Positions 8,853-18,768 of a stretch of DNA of 64,000 nucleotides are shown here, piece by piece. The notes below the pieces were generated by a model. It was not told the origin of the DNA. It worked only from the letters and a program-made list of their open reading frames with translations, and made no database searches. The DNA lies in assembly GCA_934149165.1 (NCBI GenBank), contig CAKPDY010000006.1:5095-69094 (forward strand). Direction: 5' to 3'. The stretch comes from an uncultured Clostridia bacterium (GTDB lineage Bacteria > Bacillota > Clostridia > TANB77 > CAG-508). Position numbers and translations under genes: made by a program. Each line of letters starts with the position of its first letter. Position 1 is the stretch's first letter.

Positions 8853-9830
8853 TTAATTACAATAATTACATAAAATAGACTCAATTCCAATATTCAAATC
8901 TATTAAACCAATTTTATATTTGTAATCCAAATCTGAAAGTTCTTTTAAAATACTTCTTAACTCATTATCTTTAAAATACCCAGACTGTGTTTTGTATTTT
9001 GTAACCAAAAATGTTTGATTAGGTTTCAACTTTAGTACATCTGCTATATTTTCATTACTGTTTTGTGCAATTCTAACCATATATAACTTTTTGAAGTGAT
9101 TATATAAAGTAATTAAAATCTTTTGAACTGGTTCTTTTTGATATATTAGGTTATTAAAAACCTCCATTGCTTTTTTTATATTTTTTTTCCCTAAATTATC
9201 TGTTAAATCAAAAATTACACTATCAATTTGCTTAGTTGTAAGCATATCTATATATTCTTTTTGAATTTCATTGCTATTTCCAGTATATTCAATTAATTTT
9301 CTTAATTCATTTATTATATCCTGTACATTAGTTCCACAACATTCTATAAAATATTTTGCATTTTCATCTGAAATTTTAACATTATATAAAGAAGTTATTG
9401 ATTTTACTCTTTTTATTAAACTTGGTAATTTTTCTGGTTCAAAGTTACATATTTTACCATATTTTTCTATTACCTTGTATAGTTTATTTTTTTCAATCTC
9501 TTCTTCTATAAAAACAATAACATTATCTTGTTGTATGTTGTTAATATTTTCTTCTATATATTCTGCTATTTCATTAACTAAATTGCTAATCACTGCATTT
9601 TTCTTTTTTCCTTCTTTTTTTAGTAAACCTGAATTTCTAATAACTATTAATTTTTTTTCAAATCCAAAGCAAGGAGTTTCAATATTTGGTATTAATTTAC
9701 TTATATTGTTTTCATCAATTTTTATTAAATTTATTCCATTCATTAATACATTAAATGACTTTTTTATTTTTTTTAATGTTTCTTCAATTAAATACTGTTC
9801 TTGTCCATAAAACAAATATAAACTCTCCAT
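8853..9830 (-). CDS. holA: DNA polymerase III subunit delta
   Basis: Typical length and N-terminus (YLFYGQEQYLIEE...), plus the later conserved delta regions. Confidence 0.85.
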   Translation of the reverse strand: MESLYLFYGQEQYLIEETLKKIKKSFNVLMNGINLIKIDENNISKLIPNIETPCFGFEKKLIVIRNSGLLKKEGKKKNAVISNLVNEIAEYIEENINNIQQDNVIVFIEEEIEKNKLYKVIEKYGKICNFEPEKLPSLIKRVKSITSLYNVKISDENAKYFIECCGTNVQDIINELRKLIEYTGNSNEIQKEYIDMLTTKQIDSVIFDLTDNLGKKNIKKAMEVFNNLIYQKEPVQKILITLYNHFKKLYMVRIAQNSNENIADVLKLKPNQTFLVTKYKTQSGYFKDNELRSILKELSDLDYKYKIGLIDLNIGIESILCNYCN

Positions 9831-9861
9831 ACATTTTCCTCCTTGCTACATAAATTTAAAA

Positions 9862-11658
9862 TTATTTATTTGATTTATTAATAGCATCAAAAAATTGTTG
9901 TTTTTCTTCATCTTCTAATTGTTGTTTTTTTGCTATTTTTCTTTGTCTCAAAAGTTTTTCTTCTTCTATAGTACTATGTTGTTTTATAGTTGATGTTCTT
10001 TTTGTTTTTCCTGAAATACCTACTTCATTATTTATACTTTCTGTTTTAGGTTTTCTTTCCCTTTTTGCAACTATTTTAGATTGTTCTTCTGCATTAACAG
10101 CTTTAGCTGTTTTTTTCCCTGTTTTTAATGTTTTTCCTAATATTTGATTTCCTTTAACTTTTTTATTTTTTTGTTTTATTTTTTCTTCACTTTCTTTTAT
10201 TGAATTTATTCTTTTTTCATATTTATCAAAAAATTTACTTTTTTTATCATAATCAATATTATTGATTTTTCCAACTTTATGTGCTTTTTTTTCTTTAATT
10301 TTTCTTTTCTTATATTTTAGTTTATCACTTAAAATCATATATTCAGGATTATTTTGCATATCTCTGAATTTTAAATCTTCACAAATTAATTCTATTATAG
10401 AAGCTGCTATTGCATCTGGATTATGTCTTATGTAATCTCCATCAACAGTAGCTAAATCTCTTTTTAATAAATGCACTCCTAAAGATTTAGCTTTAGCTGC
10501 ATCTTGTTGTACAAGTTCACTACCTTCCATATTATATTTTCTAATAATTTCAGGTACTACCTCACCTGTATCATATATACAATAATCAATTACACCTTCT
10601 CCAACATGGTCTATTATTGCTTTTACATGGTCTGATAATGTATAATTGTATGTTTGTCCTGGTTCTGTCATTATATTACTTATATATATTTTAAACCCTT
10701 TGCAATTTTTTATTGCTCTTGCAACACCTTTAACAAGTAAATTTGGAATAACATTAGTATATAGGTTACCAGGTCCTATAATAATAGCATCAGCTTGTTC
10801 TATTGCATCTGCAACACCTGGTGCAACTCTACAATTTGATGGATTTATAAAAATTCTATTAATTCTACTTGATTTTTTACTTACAATATCTGGTATATCT
10901 GCTCTATTTTCAATAACAGTTCCATCTTCTAATTCAGCACATATTTTCATTTCTTCCATTGTTACAGGCATAACTTTTCCTGTAATGTTTAATACTTCAC
11001 TTGATTGTTTTACTGACTTTGAAAAATCTTTATATATATTTTGCATTGCAAGCATATATATATCACCAAATGATAATGATTGTAATTTGCCATTTTGAAA
11101 TTTATATTTTAATAACTGATTCATTTCATTTTCATTTGAAGATAATGCTATTATACTTTCTTTTATATCCTCTAATGGCAATGTTTCTAACATTTTTCTT
11201 GAATCTGATGATTTTTCTCCATAATCAGATACAGTAACTATTGCTGTTAAATTATCTGTATATTTTTTTAACCCTTTTAAAACTGAATTAAGCCCTGTTC
11301 CTCCACCTATTACAACAATTTTAGGTCCTTGACTATATACTTTTCTATTAAATATTAATGATTTTAAATCATCTTTTTCTCTTTTGTCTGTTTCCTTTAC
11401 TAATAATTCAAGTGTACGTTTTTGCATATATACCATACCTACAATAATGGCTAAAAATCCAAAAACAAAGCATCCTGCAATAATTGCAACATCTGCAACA
11501 CTTTCTAATTTATTTGTTACTAGAACTTTAGATATTGCATAACATATAGATATAGTTCCTAGCAATACCAAAAAAATCCATCTTTTCATTTTAGAGCTTG
11601 ATTTAAACCATTCAAAAAAACCCTTCATTATTTCCATTCCTTTCGCATATTTGTTCAT
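9862..11658 (-). CDS. yvcK: YvcK/CofD-like (UPF0052) protein with an N-terminal TM region and a long Lys-rich C-terminal tail
   Basis: The core PKIVVIGGGTGLNSVLKGLK ... VTVSDYG ... IIIGPGNLYTNVIPNLLVKG matches the YvcK family. There are two predicted TM helices at aa ~25-80 and about 170 aa of K/E-rich tail. The start may be the internal MKGFFEW (11628). Confidence 0.8.
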   Translation of the reverse strand: MNKYAKGMEIMKGFFEWFKSSSKMKRWIFLVLLGTISICYAISKVLVTNKLESVADVAIIAGCFVFGFLAIIVGMVYMQKRTLELLVKETDKREKDDLKSLIFNRKVYSQGPKIVVIGGGTGLNSVLKGLKKYTDNLTAIVTVSDYGEKSSDSRKMLETLPLEDIKESIIALSSNENEMNQLLKYKFQNGKLQSLSFGDIYMLAMQNIYKDFSKSVKQSSEVLNITGKVMPVTMEEMKICAELEDGTVIENRADIPDIVSKKSSRINRIFINPSNCRVAPGVADAIEQADAIIIGPGNLYTNVIPNLLVKGVARAIKNCKGFKIYISNIMTEPGQTYNYTLSDHVKAIIDHVGEGVIDYCIYDTGEVVPEIIRKYNMEGSELVQQDAAKAKSLGVHLLKRDLATVDGDYIRHNPDAIAASIIELICEDLKFRDMQNNPEYMILSDKLKYKKRKIKEKKAHKVGKINNIDYDKKSKFFDKYEKRINSIKESEEKIKQKNKKVKGNQILGKTLKTGKKTAKAVNAEEQSKIVAKRERKPKTESINNEVGISGKTKRTSTIKQHSTIEEEKLLRQRKIAKKQQLEDEEKQQFFDAINKSNK

Positions 11659-11725
11659 TCATTTATTTTTTACTAAAATTTATTTTATTATTGAAGTTTA
11701 ATTCAAAATATTTTAAATTTATAAA

Positions 11726-12712
11726 TTATTTTCCAACAACCTCAATTTCCAATTCAACTTCTTTTTTATATTTATCAAATATATTTTTTTTAATTATATT
11801 AACCAATTTTAAAACATCTTCTGCAGTAGCATTACCTGTATTTACAATAAAACCTGCATGTTTAGTAGAAATTTGTGCACCACCAACTTTATATCCCTTT
11901 AATCCACATTCATCTATTAATTTAGCTGTTACAAAATCCTCTCCTCTTTTAAATGTACTACCCGCATTTGGAAATTCTAATGGTTGTTTTTCCATTCTAC
12001 TTTTTTTGTATTCATCCATTTTTTCTTTAATTTCATTTGGATTTTCAACATATTTTAATAATAATTTTGTTTCTAAAATTATGTATTTTTCATTTTTAAA
12101 AATACTACTTCTATACTTAAATTTTTGTTCTTCATTGCTTAATGTAAATATATTTCCATTCATATCTACACATGTTGTTTCTATAACTATATCTTTAAAC
12201 TCTGAGCCATATGCACCAGCATTCATTTTTACAGCACCACCAATAGTTCCAGGAATTCCTGATGCAAATTCAAAACCTGTAATACATTTTTTTAACAATA
12301 TTTGAGCAAGCTTTCCTAACTGAACACCTGCAGATACTGCAACAATTACATATTTTTCTGTTTGTTGCAAATTTTTACATATATTTTCTTTTACTTCAGG
12401 TTTTAACTGTTCATATGTTTCAGATAACTCAGCTATATTAATATCACTATTTTCTATTTTTAAAACAATACCATCAATACCACTGTCTTTAACTAACATA
12501 TTGCTTCCATTTCCAATTATTGTTAAATTTATGTTATTTTCTGTACACATTTTTATTATGTTTTTTATTTCTTGAGTATTTTTTGCTTTAACAAAAAACT
12601 CTGCGACACCACCTATTTTTAATGTTGTATGTTTTTTCATTGATTCATTAATTAATATATTTTCTTCATTAACATAATTTAAAATCAAATTATAAATTTC
12701 ATTATTATACAT
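11726..12712 (-). CDS. murB: UDP-N-acetylenolpyruvoylglucosamine reductase
   Basis: MKKHTTLKIGG.AEFF ... GNGSN.LV ... GAGV ... GIPGTIGGAV.MNAGAYG ... PNAGSTFK motifs. Confidence 0.95.
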   Translation of the reverse strand: MYNNEIYNLILNYVNEENILINESMKKHTTLKIGGVAEFFVKAKNTQEIKNIIKMCTENNINLTIIGNGSNMLVKDSGIDGIVLKIENSDINIAELSETYEQLKPEVKENICKNLQQTEKYVIVAVSAGVQLGKLAQILLKKCITGFEFASGIPGTIGGAVKMNAGAYGSEFKDIVIETTCVDMNGNIFTLSNEEQKFKYRSSIFKNEKYIILETKLLLKYVENPNEIKEKMDEYKKSRMEKQPLEFPNAGSTFKRGEDFVTAKLIDECGLKGYKVGGAQISTKHAGFIVNTGNATAEDVLKLVNIIKKNIFDKYKKEVELEIEVVGK

Positions 12713-12743
12713 AAACTATTCCTCCTTCTATTTATGTATAAAT

Positions 12744-13523
12744 TTATGTTGATACTATATCATTTTTTCCTAATAATTGCAATATTTTAAAAAATCTTTG
12801 TTTTTTTTGTTCAGAATTACTTGAATCTATAAAATATATTTCTCCCAAGCATGTACTTTCACTAATCAAATTACTTTCTAAAAGAATCTTTTTCAACTGT
12901 TTTGCCACACTTGGTGCACCATTAAAAAAATGTACATCTCCCAAAACTTCTGTGAGTTCATTTTGTATTAATGGGTAATGTGTACAACCTAATACAACAT
13001 TTTTAACTTTATTTCTATACTTAGATAAATTTTGTGTTATATACATTTTTACTTCATCTATATTTCCCTGTTCAATAATATCTGCTAATCCTGGGCAAGC
13101 TAGCAAATATGTATTATTATTATTATATTTATTATATAATTTATGAAATTTTTCACTCTCTATTGTTCCTTTAGTTGCAATTACTAAAGTAGGAACATTA
13201 TATGCAAAATCATGAACCATTTTATATGCTGGTTCTATTGCTATTATTGGAACTTCAGTATATTTTTTCCTTAATGCTTCTGCTGATTTTGCACTTGCTG
13301 TATTACATGCAATTACTATAGCTTTACAATTTTCATTAATCATTTTCTTTACTATATTATCACATATATTAAAAACCTCCTCATCTGACTTATCACCATA
13401 TGGATTATTTATAGAATCACTATAATATATATAATTTTCATTTGGTAAAATTTTTATAATTTCTTTTAAAACTGTTACTCCACCTATACCAGAGTCAAAA
13501 ATTCCTATTTTATTATTGTTCAT
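12744..13523 (-). CDS. murI: Glutamate racemase
   Basis: IGIFDSGIGGVTVLKEI, IVIACNTAS and VLGCTHYPL catalytic-Cys motifs. Confidence 0.95.
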   Translation of the reverse strand: MNNNKIGIFDSGIGGVTVLKEIIKILPNENYIYYSDSINNPYGDKSDEEVFNICDNIVKKMINENCKAIVIACNTASAKSAEALRKKYTEVPIIAIEPAYKMVHDFAYNVPTLVIATKGTIESEKFHKLYNKYNNNNTYLLACPGLADIIEQGNIDEVKMYITQNLSKYRNKVKNVVLGCTHYPLIQNELTEVLGDVHFFNGAPSVAKQLKKILLESNLISESTCLGEIYFIDSSNSEQKKQRFFKILQLLGKNDIVST

Positions 13524-13543
13524 TTAATTACGACCTTCCTTTT

Positions 13544-13607
13544 GAACCCAAGGGGACGGAGAATTTTGGTTGTTTGAACAACCCAAATTCTCCGTCCCCT
13601 TGGGTTC
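13544..13607. repeat. 64-bp near-perfect GC-rich palindrome, predicted 5'-UTR stem-loop of murI
   Basis: gaacccaaggggacggagaattt...aaattctccgtccccttgggttc, with 23-bp perfect outer arms and more pairing inside. It lies between a TTGAAT-17-TAAAAT minus-strand promoter and the murI RBS (aaggaagg). Confidence 0.8.
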
Positions 13608-13757
13608 CCATTTTCATTCTCATTTTAACATTGCAAATAATAAAATTCAACATATTTTTATTGACTATATTCATTATTTATATTAAATTATAATAAACTA
13701 GGTTTATAGGTAACCTAAAAAAACCTAAATATAAATTATACAAGGAATGTGAATAAT

Positions 13758-14429
13758 ATGGAAAATTGTAAAACAACAAATTTATATAATAATTTAGAAG
13801 AAACATTATCTAAAAGTTTATTAAGCAAAACTACATACCCATGGGAAGCTCTTCCTAAAATTAAAGATTTTATTATTGAAATTGGAAATACTCTAAATCC
13901 AGAATATTATACAAAACAAGGTGATAATATTTGGATAGCTAAAACAGCACAAATTGCACCAACTGCATTTATAAATGGTCCAACAATAATTGACGAAAAT
14001 GCTGAAATTAGACATTGTGCATTTATTCGTGGAAATGCAATTATAGGGAAAAATTGTGTTGTAGGAAATTCAACAGAATTAAAAAATGTTATTTTATTTA
14101 ACAATGTTCAAGTTCCACATTATAATTATGTTGGAGACTCTATACTTGGATTTAAAGCACATATGGGTGCCGGCTCTATTACATCTAATGTTAAATCAGA
14201 TAAAAAATTGGTTGTTGTTAAAAATGGTACTGAAGAAATTGAAACTGGATTAAAAAAATTTGGAGCTATAATTGGTGATAATGTTGAAATTGGTTGTGGC
14301 TCAGTATTAAACCCTGGTAGTGTTATTGGAAAAAACACAAATATATACCCATTATCTTCTGTTAGAGGAGTTATTAAAGAAAATAGTATTTATAAAAAAC
14401 AAGGTGAAATAGTACAAAAACATGAATAA
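13758..14429 (+). CDS. Left-handed beta-helix (hexapeptide repeat) transferase-like protein
   Basis: Repeated [LIV]-G-x-x-x-x hexapeptides (IGKNCVVGNSTELKNVILFNNVQV..VGDSILG..IGDNVEIGCGSVLNPGSVIGKNTNI). The AAGGA RBS favours the ATG at 13758 over the GTG at 13749. Confidence 0.7.
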   Translation: MENCKTTNLYNNLEETLSKSLLSKTTYPWEALPKIKDFIIEIGNTLNPEYYTKQGDNIWIAKTAQIAPTAFINGPTIIDENAEIRHCAFIRGNAIIGKNCVVGNSTELKNVILFNNVQVPHYNYVGDSILGFKAHMGAGSITSNVKSDKKLVVVKNGTEEIETGLKKFGAIIGDNVEIGCGSVLNPGSVIGKNTNIYPLSSVRGVIKENSIYKKQGEIVQKHE

Positions 14430-14504
14430 ACAGATTTTTACTGTACTTGAAAATTATAACTAACTGTGGTATAATTCTTTAGTATATTAGAATTTAATTA
14501 GGAG

Positions 14505-15053
14505 ATGAAGAATTTGAAAATAACATCTGATAGTGAAACTTTAGCAGAAAATAAAGTATTAATTTTATATATTTTAGACCAAACTCATAAACCAATTACA
14601 AATGATAATTTATACAAACTTGTATTAACAGCTTTAGATATGAATTATTTTTATTTTCAACAATTTCTACTTGATTTAATCAACACAAATTTTATAATTT
14701 CATATAAAATGGAAACACAGGTTGTTTATGAACTAACAGAGCTTGGTAAAACCACTTTAGACCTTACTTTAGATATTTTGCCTGGTATTATTAAATTAAA
14801 AGTTGATACTAATTTAAAAAATACTTTGGAAAAAGTTGAAGAAGAACATTCTATTATAGCAGAGTACACTCCTAAAAATGAAAATAATTATGTTATTAAT
14901 TGTAAAATTATTGAAAATAATGAAATTGTATTTGATGTTCAAACTTTTGCTTATTCTCGTTCACAAGCAAAAGAAATAGTTGATAATTGGAAAAACAATG
15001 CAGAAGCAATTTATCCACAAATTCTTGAATTATTACATAATTCAAATAAATAG
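14505..15053 (+). CDS. DUF4364-like putative wHTH regulator
   Basis: Size and N-terminal segment (ENKVLILYILDQTHKPITNDNLYKLVL) resemble the PadR-like DUF4364 family. Motif-level only. Confidence 0.4.
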   Translation: MKNLKITSDSETLAENKVLILYILDQTHKPITNDNLYKLVLTALDMNYFYFQQFLLDLINTNFIISYKMETQVVYELTELGKTTLDLTLDILPGIIKLKVDTNLKNTLEKVEEEHSIIAEYTPKNENNYVINCKIIENNEIVFDVQTFAYSRSQAKEIVDNWKNNAEAIYPQILELLHNSNK

Positions 15054-15088
15054 TATTAAATAATATATTTTGTATATATTCACAATAT

Positions 15089-15148
15089 AAAAAACAGAAT
15101 ATTAATAATATACATGTAAAAAATGTTATTATTAATATTCTGTTTTTA
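15089..15148. terminator. Bidirectional rho-independent terminator
   Basis: 17-bp perfect stem acagaatattaataata/tattattaatattctgt flanked by A- and T-runs, between convergent genes. Confidence 0.8.
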
Positions 15149-15163
15149 TTTGTTTTAAAATTA

Positions 15164-15826
15164 TTAGTTTTGTTTCATTATGCTTATTGTTTCTCTATAA
15201 TTATTTGAATTAATAATTCCTGTTCCTGATACAACAATATCTGCTCCTGCATTTTTTACTTCCTGAATATTGTTTAAATTAATTCCTCCATCTGCTTCTA
15301 CTATAATATTTAAATTATTTTCTCTAACATAATTAGCTGTTTTTCTTATCTTATTTAAAGTTTCAGGTATTAATTTTTGACCACCTTGTCCTGGTTCAAC
15401 TGTCATTATTAAAATAATATTTACATTACATATTATGTCTAATATTTCTTCTAAATCTGTATTTGGTTTTATACTAATACCTACTTTAGAGTTATTTAAT
15501 TTTATATAATTTATCAATTCTAATAACTCATTTTTACTATTTACAGATTCATAATGTATTGTAATATTGCTAGGATTATATGGTAAAAATAAATCAATAC
15601 ATTCTTTAACATTTTTTACCATTAAATGTATATCTAGTGGTATATTTGTTATATTTGTTAAATAATTGCTATATTCTAACATTTTTTTTATTGTATTATC
15701 TTTTACAAATTCACCATCCATTACATCTATATGAAAATAATCTGTTTTGGCTGTTTCTAAATTATATATGGTTTTTATAACTTTTTCTTTTTCTACACTT
15801 AAAAGTGATGTTGAAATTTCTACCAT
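15164..15826 (-). CDS. rpe: Ribulose-phosphate 3-epimerase
   Basis: HIDVMDG.FV, HLMV, MTV.PG.GGQ and DGGIN motifs. Confidence 0.9.
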   Translation of the reverse strand: MVEISTSLLSVEKEKVIKTIYNLETAKTDYFHIDVMDGEFVKDNTIKKMLEYSNYLTNITNIPLDIHLMVKNVKECIDLFLPYNPSNITIHYESVNSKNELLELINYIKLNNSKVGISIKPNTDLEEILDIICNVNIILIMTVEPGQGGQKLIPETLNKIRKTANYVRENNLNIIVEADGGINLNNIQEVKNAGADIVVSGTGIINSNNYRETISIMKQN

Positions 15827-16704
15827 TTGTGTTGCTCCTTTTCTTTTAATTCATTATATAATTTGCAGTATGTTTCATATCTTTGTTTACTAATTTTGTT
15901 ATTCTCTACTGCTTTTTTTACCCCACAATTTTCTTCTTTTATATGAGTGCATCCTATATATTCACATTCATCTAAATATTTTGATAAATCTAAAAAATAA
16001 TTTGATAATTTTGAACTTTCTATTTCATAAATATCAAATGTTGAAAAACCTGGTGTATCTGCTAAATATGAATTTTTATTAATTTTATATAATTTAATTG
16101 AAGTTGTGGTATTTTTCCCTCTTTTATTTTTTGTACTTATTTCACCTTCTAATGTAACTGCATTTTTAAAAATTTTATTAATAAGTGTTGACTTTCCTAC
16201 ACCAGAATTTCCGGAAAATGCAGTTATATTATTTTGTAAATATTTTTGAATTTCATTAATACCTTCACCAGTTTTAGCATTTGTTTGTATAACTTTATAC
16301 CCTATTTTTTCATATGTATTTACTATTTTATTTATTATTTCACTTTTTTCTAAATCTATTTTATTTATACATATAATAGATTTTATATTATTATATTCTG
16401 CAAATACTAATTGTTTATCTAATAATAATAAATCTGGCACTGGCATTTTCATGGACACAACAAATATTAATTGTGTTATATTAGACATTTTAGGTCTTTT
16501 TATATAATTTTTTCTTTCTAGTATTTTATTTATAACCCCAGTTGTTTCTGTCTGTTTTTCAAATTCTATATTATCACCTACAACTGGAATTATATCACTT
16601 TTTTTAAATTTTCCTCTTGGAATACATTTAATTATTTCATTATTTTCATAATCTTCTACTTCATATGTGTTTGAAACATTACTTATTATTAATCCCTTTG
16701 GCAT
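15820..16704 (-). CDS. rsgA: Ribosome small-subunit-dependent GTPase A
   Basis: NKIDL, SGNSGVGKSTLIN, DTPGF and the C-terminal Zn-finger C..C.H..E..C. Confidence 0.9.
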   Translation of the reverse strand: MPKGLIISNVSNTYEVEDYENNEIIKCIPRGKFKKSDIIPVVGDNIEFEKQTETTGVINKILERKNYIKRPKMSNITQLIFVVSMKMPVPDLLLLDKQLVFAEYNNIKSIICINKIDLEKSEIINKIVNTYEKIGYKVIQTNAKTGEGINEIQKYLQNNITAFSGNSGVGKSTLINKIFKNAVTLEGEISTKNKRGKNTTTSIKLYKINKNSYLADTPGFSTFDIYEIESSKLSNYFLDLSKYLDECEYIGCTHIKEENCGVKKAVENNKISKQRYETYCKLYNELKEKEQHKW

Positions 16705-16726
16705 ATATTCTCCTTGTAAATTTATA

Positions 16727-18754
16727 CTACTTTACTTCTAAAATTGTGTTAGAACTATTTAAATCTATTTGTGCATTTTCTTTTCTAATTTCATCTATAT
16801 AAACTTTTACTGTAATAACACCCTTTCCTTTAACAGTTACATTTATACTTTGAGTATCTTCTGAAACTGTTTGTTTATATACGTTTTCTTCATCTACAGT
16901 AACTCTTACTGAAACTTCTTTTGGTTTTTTTACTTCACCATTTTCATCTTTTTCTTCTTTATATCCTGTTAAAGATTTTACATTTATATTAACTGTCCCC
17001 TCTTTTATTTCTTGGATTTTATTAACAGTTAATGTTATAGCTGTTCCTTCAGTTACAACATTTCCAACATCTATACTTTGTTTTAGTACAGTTCCATTAG
17101 ATTTACTTGTATCTTCTGAATATGTTATATTTACTTCTATTTTCTTCTCTGTTAATATTTTCTTTGCTTCTTCAATATCTATATTAGTTACAGAAGGTAC
17201 ACTTACTTTCTCAAGACCTGTACTTACATATATTTTTACAGTAGTTCCTGCGTTTATTTCTTTTCCTTCTGCTATTTCTTGTTTTATAACAATTCCTTCC
17301 TCAACTGTTTGACTTCTTTCTTCTACTTTTTCTGCAATTAATTCAACTTTTTCTAATTCTTGTACAGCTTCATCATATGTTTTTCCTTTAACTTTTGGCA
17401 TAACTACTACTTTTACGCCTTTGCTTACAGTTAATTTAACTGGGCTATTTTTTTGTTTATCATAATTAGTACCTGGTGCTGGCTTTTGAGATATAACTTT
17501 TCCAGTTTCTATTTCATTATTGTATACTTCTTCAATTTCATATTTAATTCCCGCTTCATCTAATTTAGTTTTTGCTTCATCTATACTAATATTTTCAACA
17601 TTAACTAATGCAACTCCTGCATAGCTTTCTGTTTGTGTACCTATTCCTAATAGCTTTGTAGTTACCTTCCAACTTCCCCAAAATATAAATGCACATATAG
17701 CAATTATAATAATTATAATTCCAATTAAAACTAGCGGTTTTTTTTCAGGGTGTTCCTGCAAATACTTAGCTAATCCTGTTTTTGGTTGATTTTTTGCATC
17801 TTTTCTATTCTGTTGTGTATTTTGTGTTGTGCTATTTTTATATTTATTTTCATTTGCAACATTTTCAGATATTGTTGGAATAACTTTTGTAAAATCTGAA
17901 GTACTTTTTTGCTTAACAAAATCACCAGTAGGATTTTTTAAAGACATACTTAAGTCTTTCATCATTTCTGTTGCAGAAGCATAACGAAGACTTGCATCTT
18001 TTTTCATTGCTTTTAATATTATTCTGTTCACCGCTTCTGGTATTCTTGAATTAAGTTTTATTGGCTCTATTGGCTCTTCTTGCATATGTTTTAATGCAAC
18101 AGAAACAGGTGTATCTGCATCAAATGGTACTCTACCTGTTACCATTTCATACATTACAATTCCTAATGAATATAAATCAGATTTAGCATCTGTATATCCA
18201 CCCCTAGCATGTTCTGGTGAAAAATAATGTACAGAACCTATTGTAGTACCAAATGCTGTTATTGTTGAGTTTGATACAGCTTTTGCAATTCCAAAATCTG
18301 TAACTTTTGCAATTCCATCTTCTGTAATTATAATATTATGTGGTTTAATATCTCTATGTATAATTCCGTTTTTATGTGCAACTTCTAGTGCTGAACATAT
18401 TTGAATTGCTATATTAACAGACCACTTCCATGGTAATGCACCTTCTTCAGATATAATTTGTTTTAATGTTTTTCCTTGTACCAATTCCATTACAATATAA
18501 TAAATATTGTACTCTTGACCAACATCAAATACAGAAACAATATTTGGATGTGTTAAGCTTGCTGCTGCCTGTGCCTCTGAATTAAATCTTTTTATAAATT
18601 CTTCGTCAGTTGTAAATTCTTCCCTTAACACTTTTACCGCTACATATCTATTAAGTATAGTACACCTGGCTTTATATACAGTAGCCATACCACCATTACC
18701 TATTTTTTCAATGATTTCATATCTATTACCTATTATTTTTCCTTCTAAATTCAT
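16727..18754 (-). CDS. prkC: Ser/Thr protein kinase with TM helix and three extracellular PASTA domains
   Basis: Hanks kinase motifs (GGMATVYKA, HRDIKPHN, DFGIA, SPE), a TM segment LVLIGIIIIIIAICAFIF, then three PASTA repeats. Confidence 0.95.
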   Translation of the reverse strand: MNLEGKIIGNRYEIIEKIGNGGMATVYKARCTILNRYVAVKVLREEFTTDEEFIKRFNSEAQAAASLTHPNIVSVFDVGQEYNIYYIVMELVQGKTLKQIISEEGALPWKWSVNIAIQICSALEVAHKNGIIHRDIKPHNIIITEDGIAKVTDFGIAKAVSNSTITAFGTTIGSVHYFSPEHARGGYTDAKSDLYSLGIVMYEMVTGRVPFDADTPVSVALKHMQEEPIEPIKLNSRIPEAVNRIILKAMKKDASLRYASATEMMKDLSMSLKNPTGDFVKQKSTSDFTKVIPTISENVANENKYKNSTTQNTQQNRKDAKNQPKTGLAKYLQEHPEKKPLVLIGIIIIIIAICAFIFWGSWKVTTKLLGIGTQTESYAGVALVNVENISIDEAKTKLDEAGIKYEIEEVYNNEIETGKVISQKPAPGTNYDKQKNSPVKLTVSKGVKVVVMPKVKGKTYDEAVQELEKVELIAEKVEERSQTVEEGIVIKQEIAEGKEINAGTTVKIYVSTGLEKVSVPSVTNIDIEEAKKILTEKKIEVNITYSEDTSKSNGTVLKQSIDVGNVVTEGTAITLTVNKIQEIKEGTVNINVKSLTGYKEEKDENGEVKKPKEVSVRVTVDEENVYKQTVSEDTQSINVTVKGKGVITVKVYIDEIRKENAQIDLNSSNTILEVK

Positions 18755-18768
18755 ATGTGACTCTCTCC

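Noticed and set aside
9271-9810. Long plus-strand ORFs in the track that lie antisense to well-supported minus-strand genes. Examples: 9271-9810 vs holA, 11691-12305 vs murB, 10646-11098 vs yvcK, 27351-27851 and 26571-26984 vs dnaE, 52720-53088 vs mreB, 1617-1973, 5034-5405, 7269-7619.
   Set aside because: Their translations are low-complexity and rich in F/L/I/S, as expected from the reverse complement of AT-rich coding DNA. They have no RBS and no recognisable motifs, and each is fully covered by a gene with clear family motifs.
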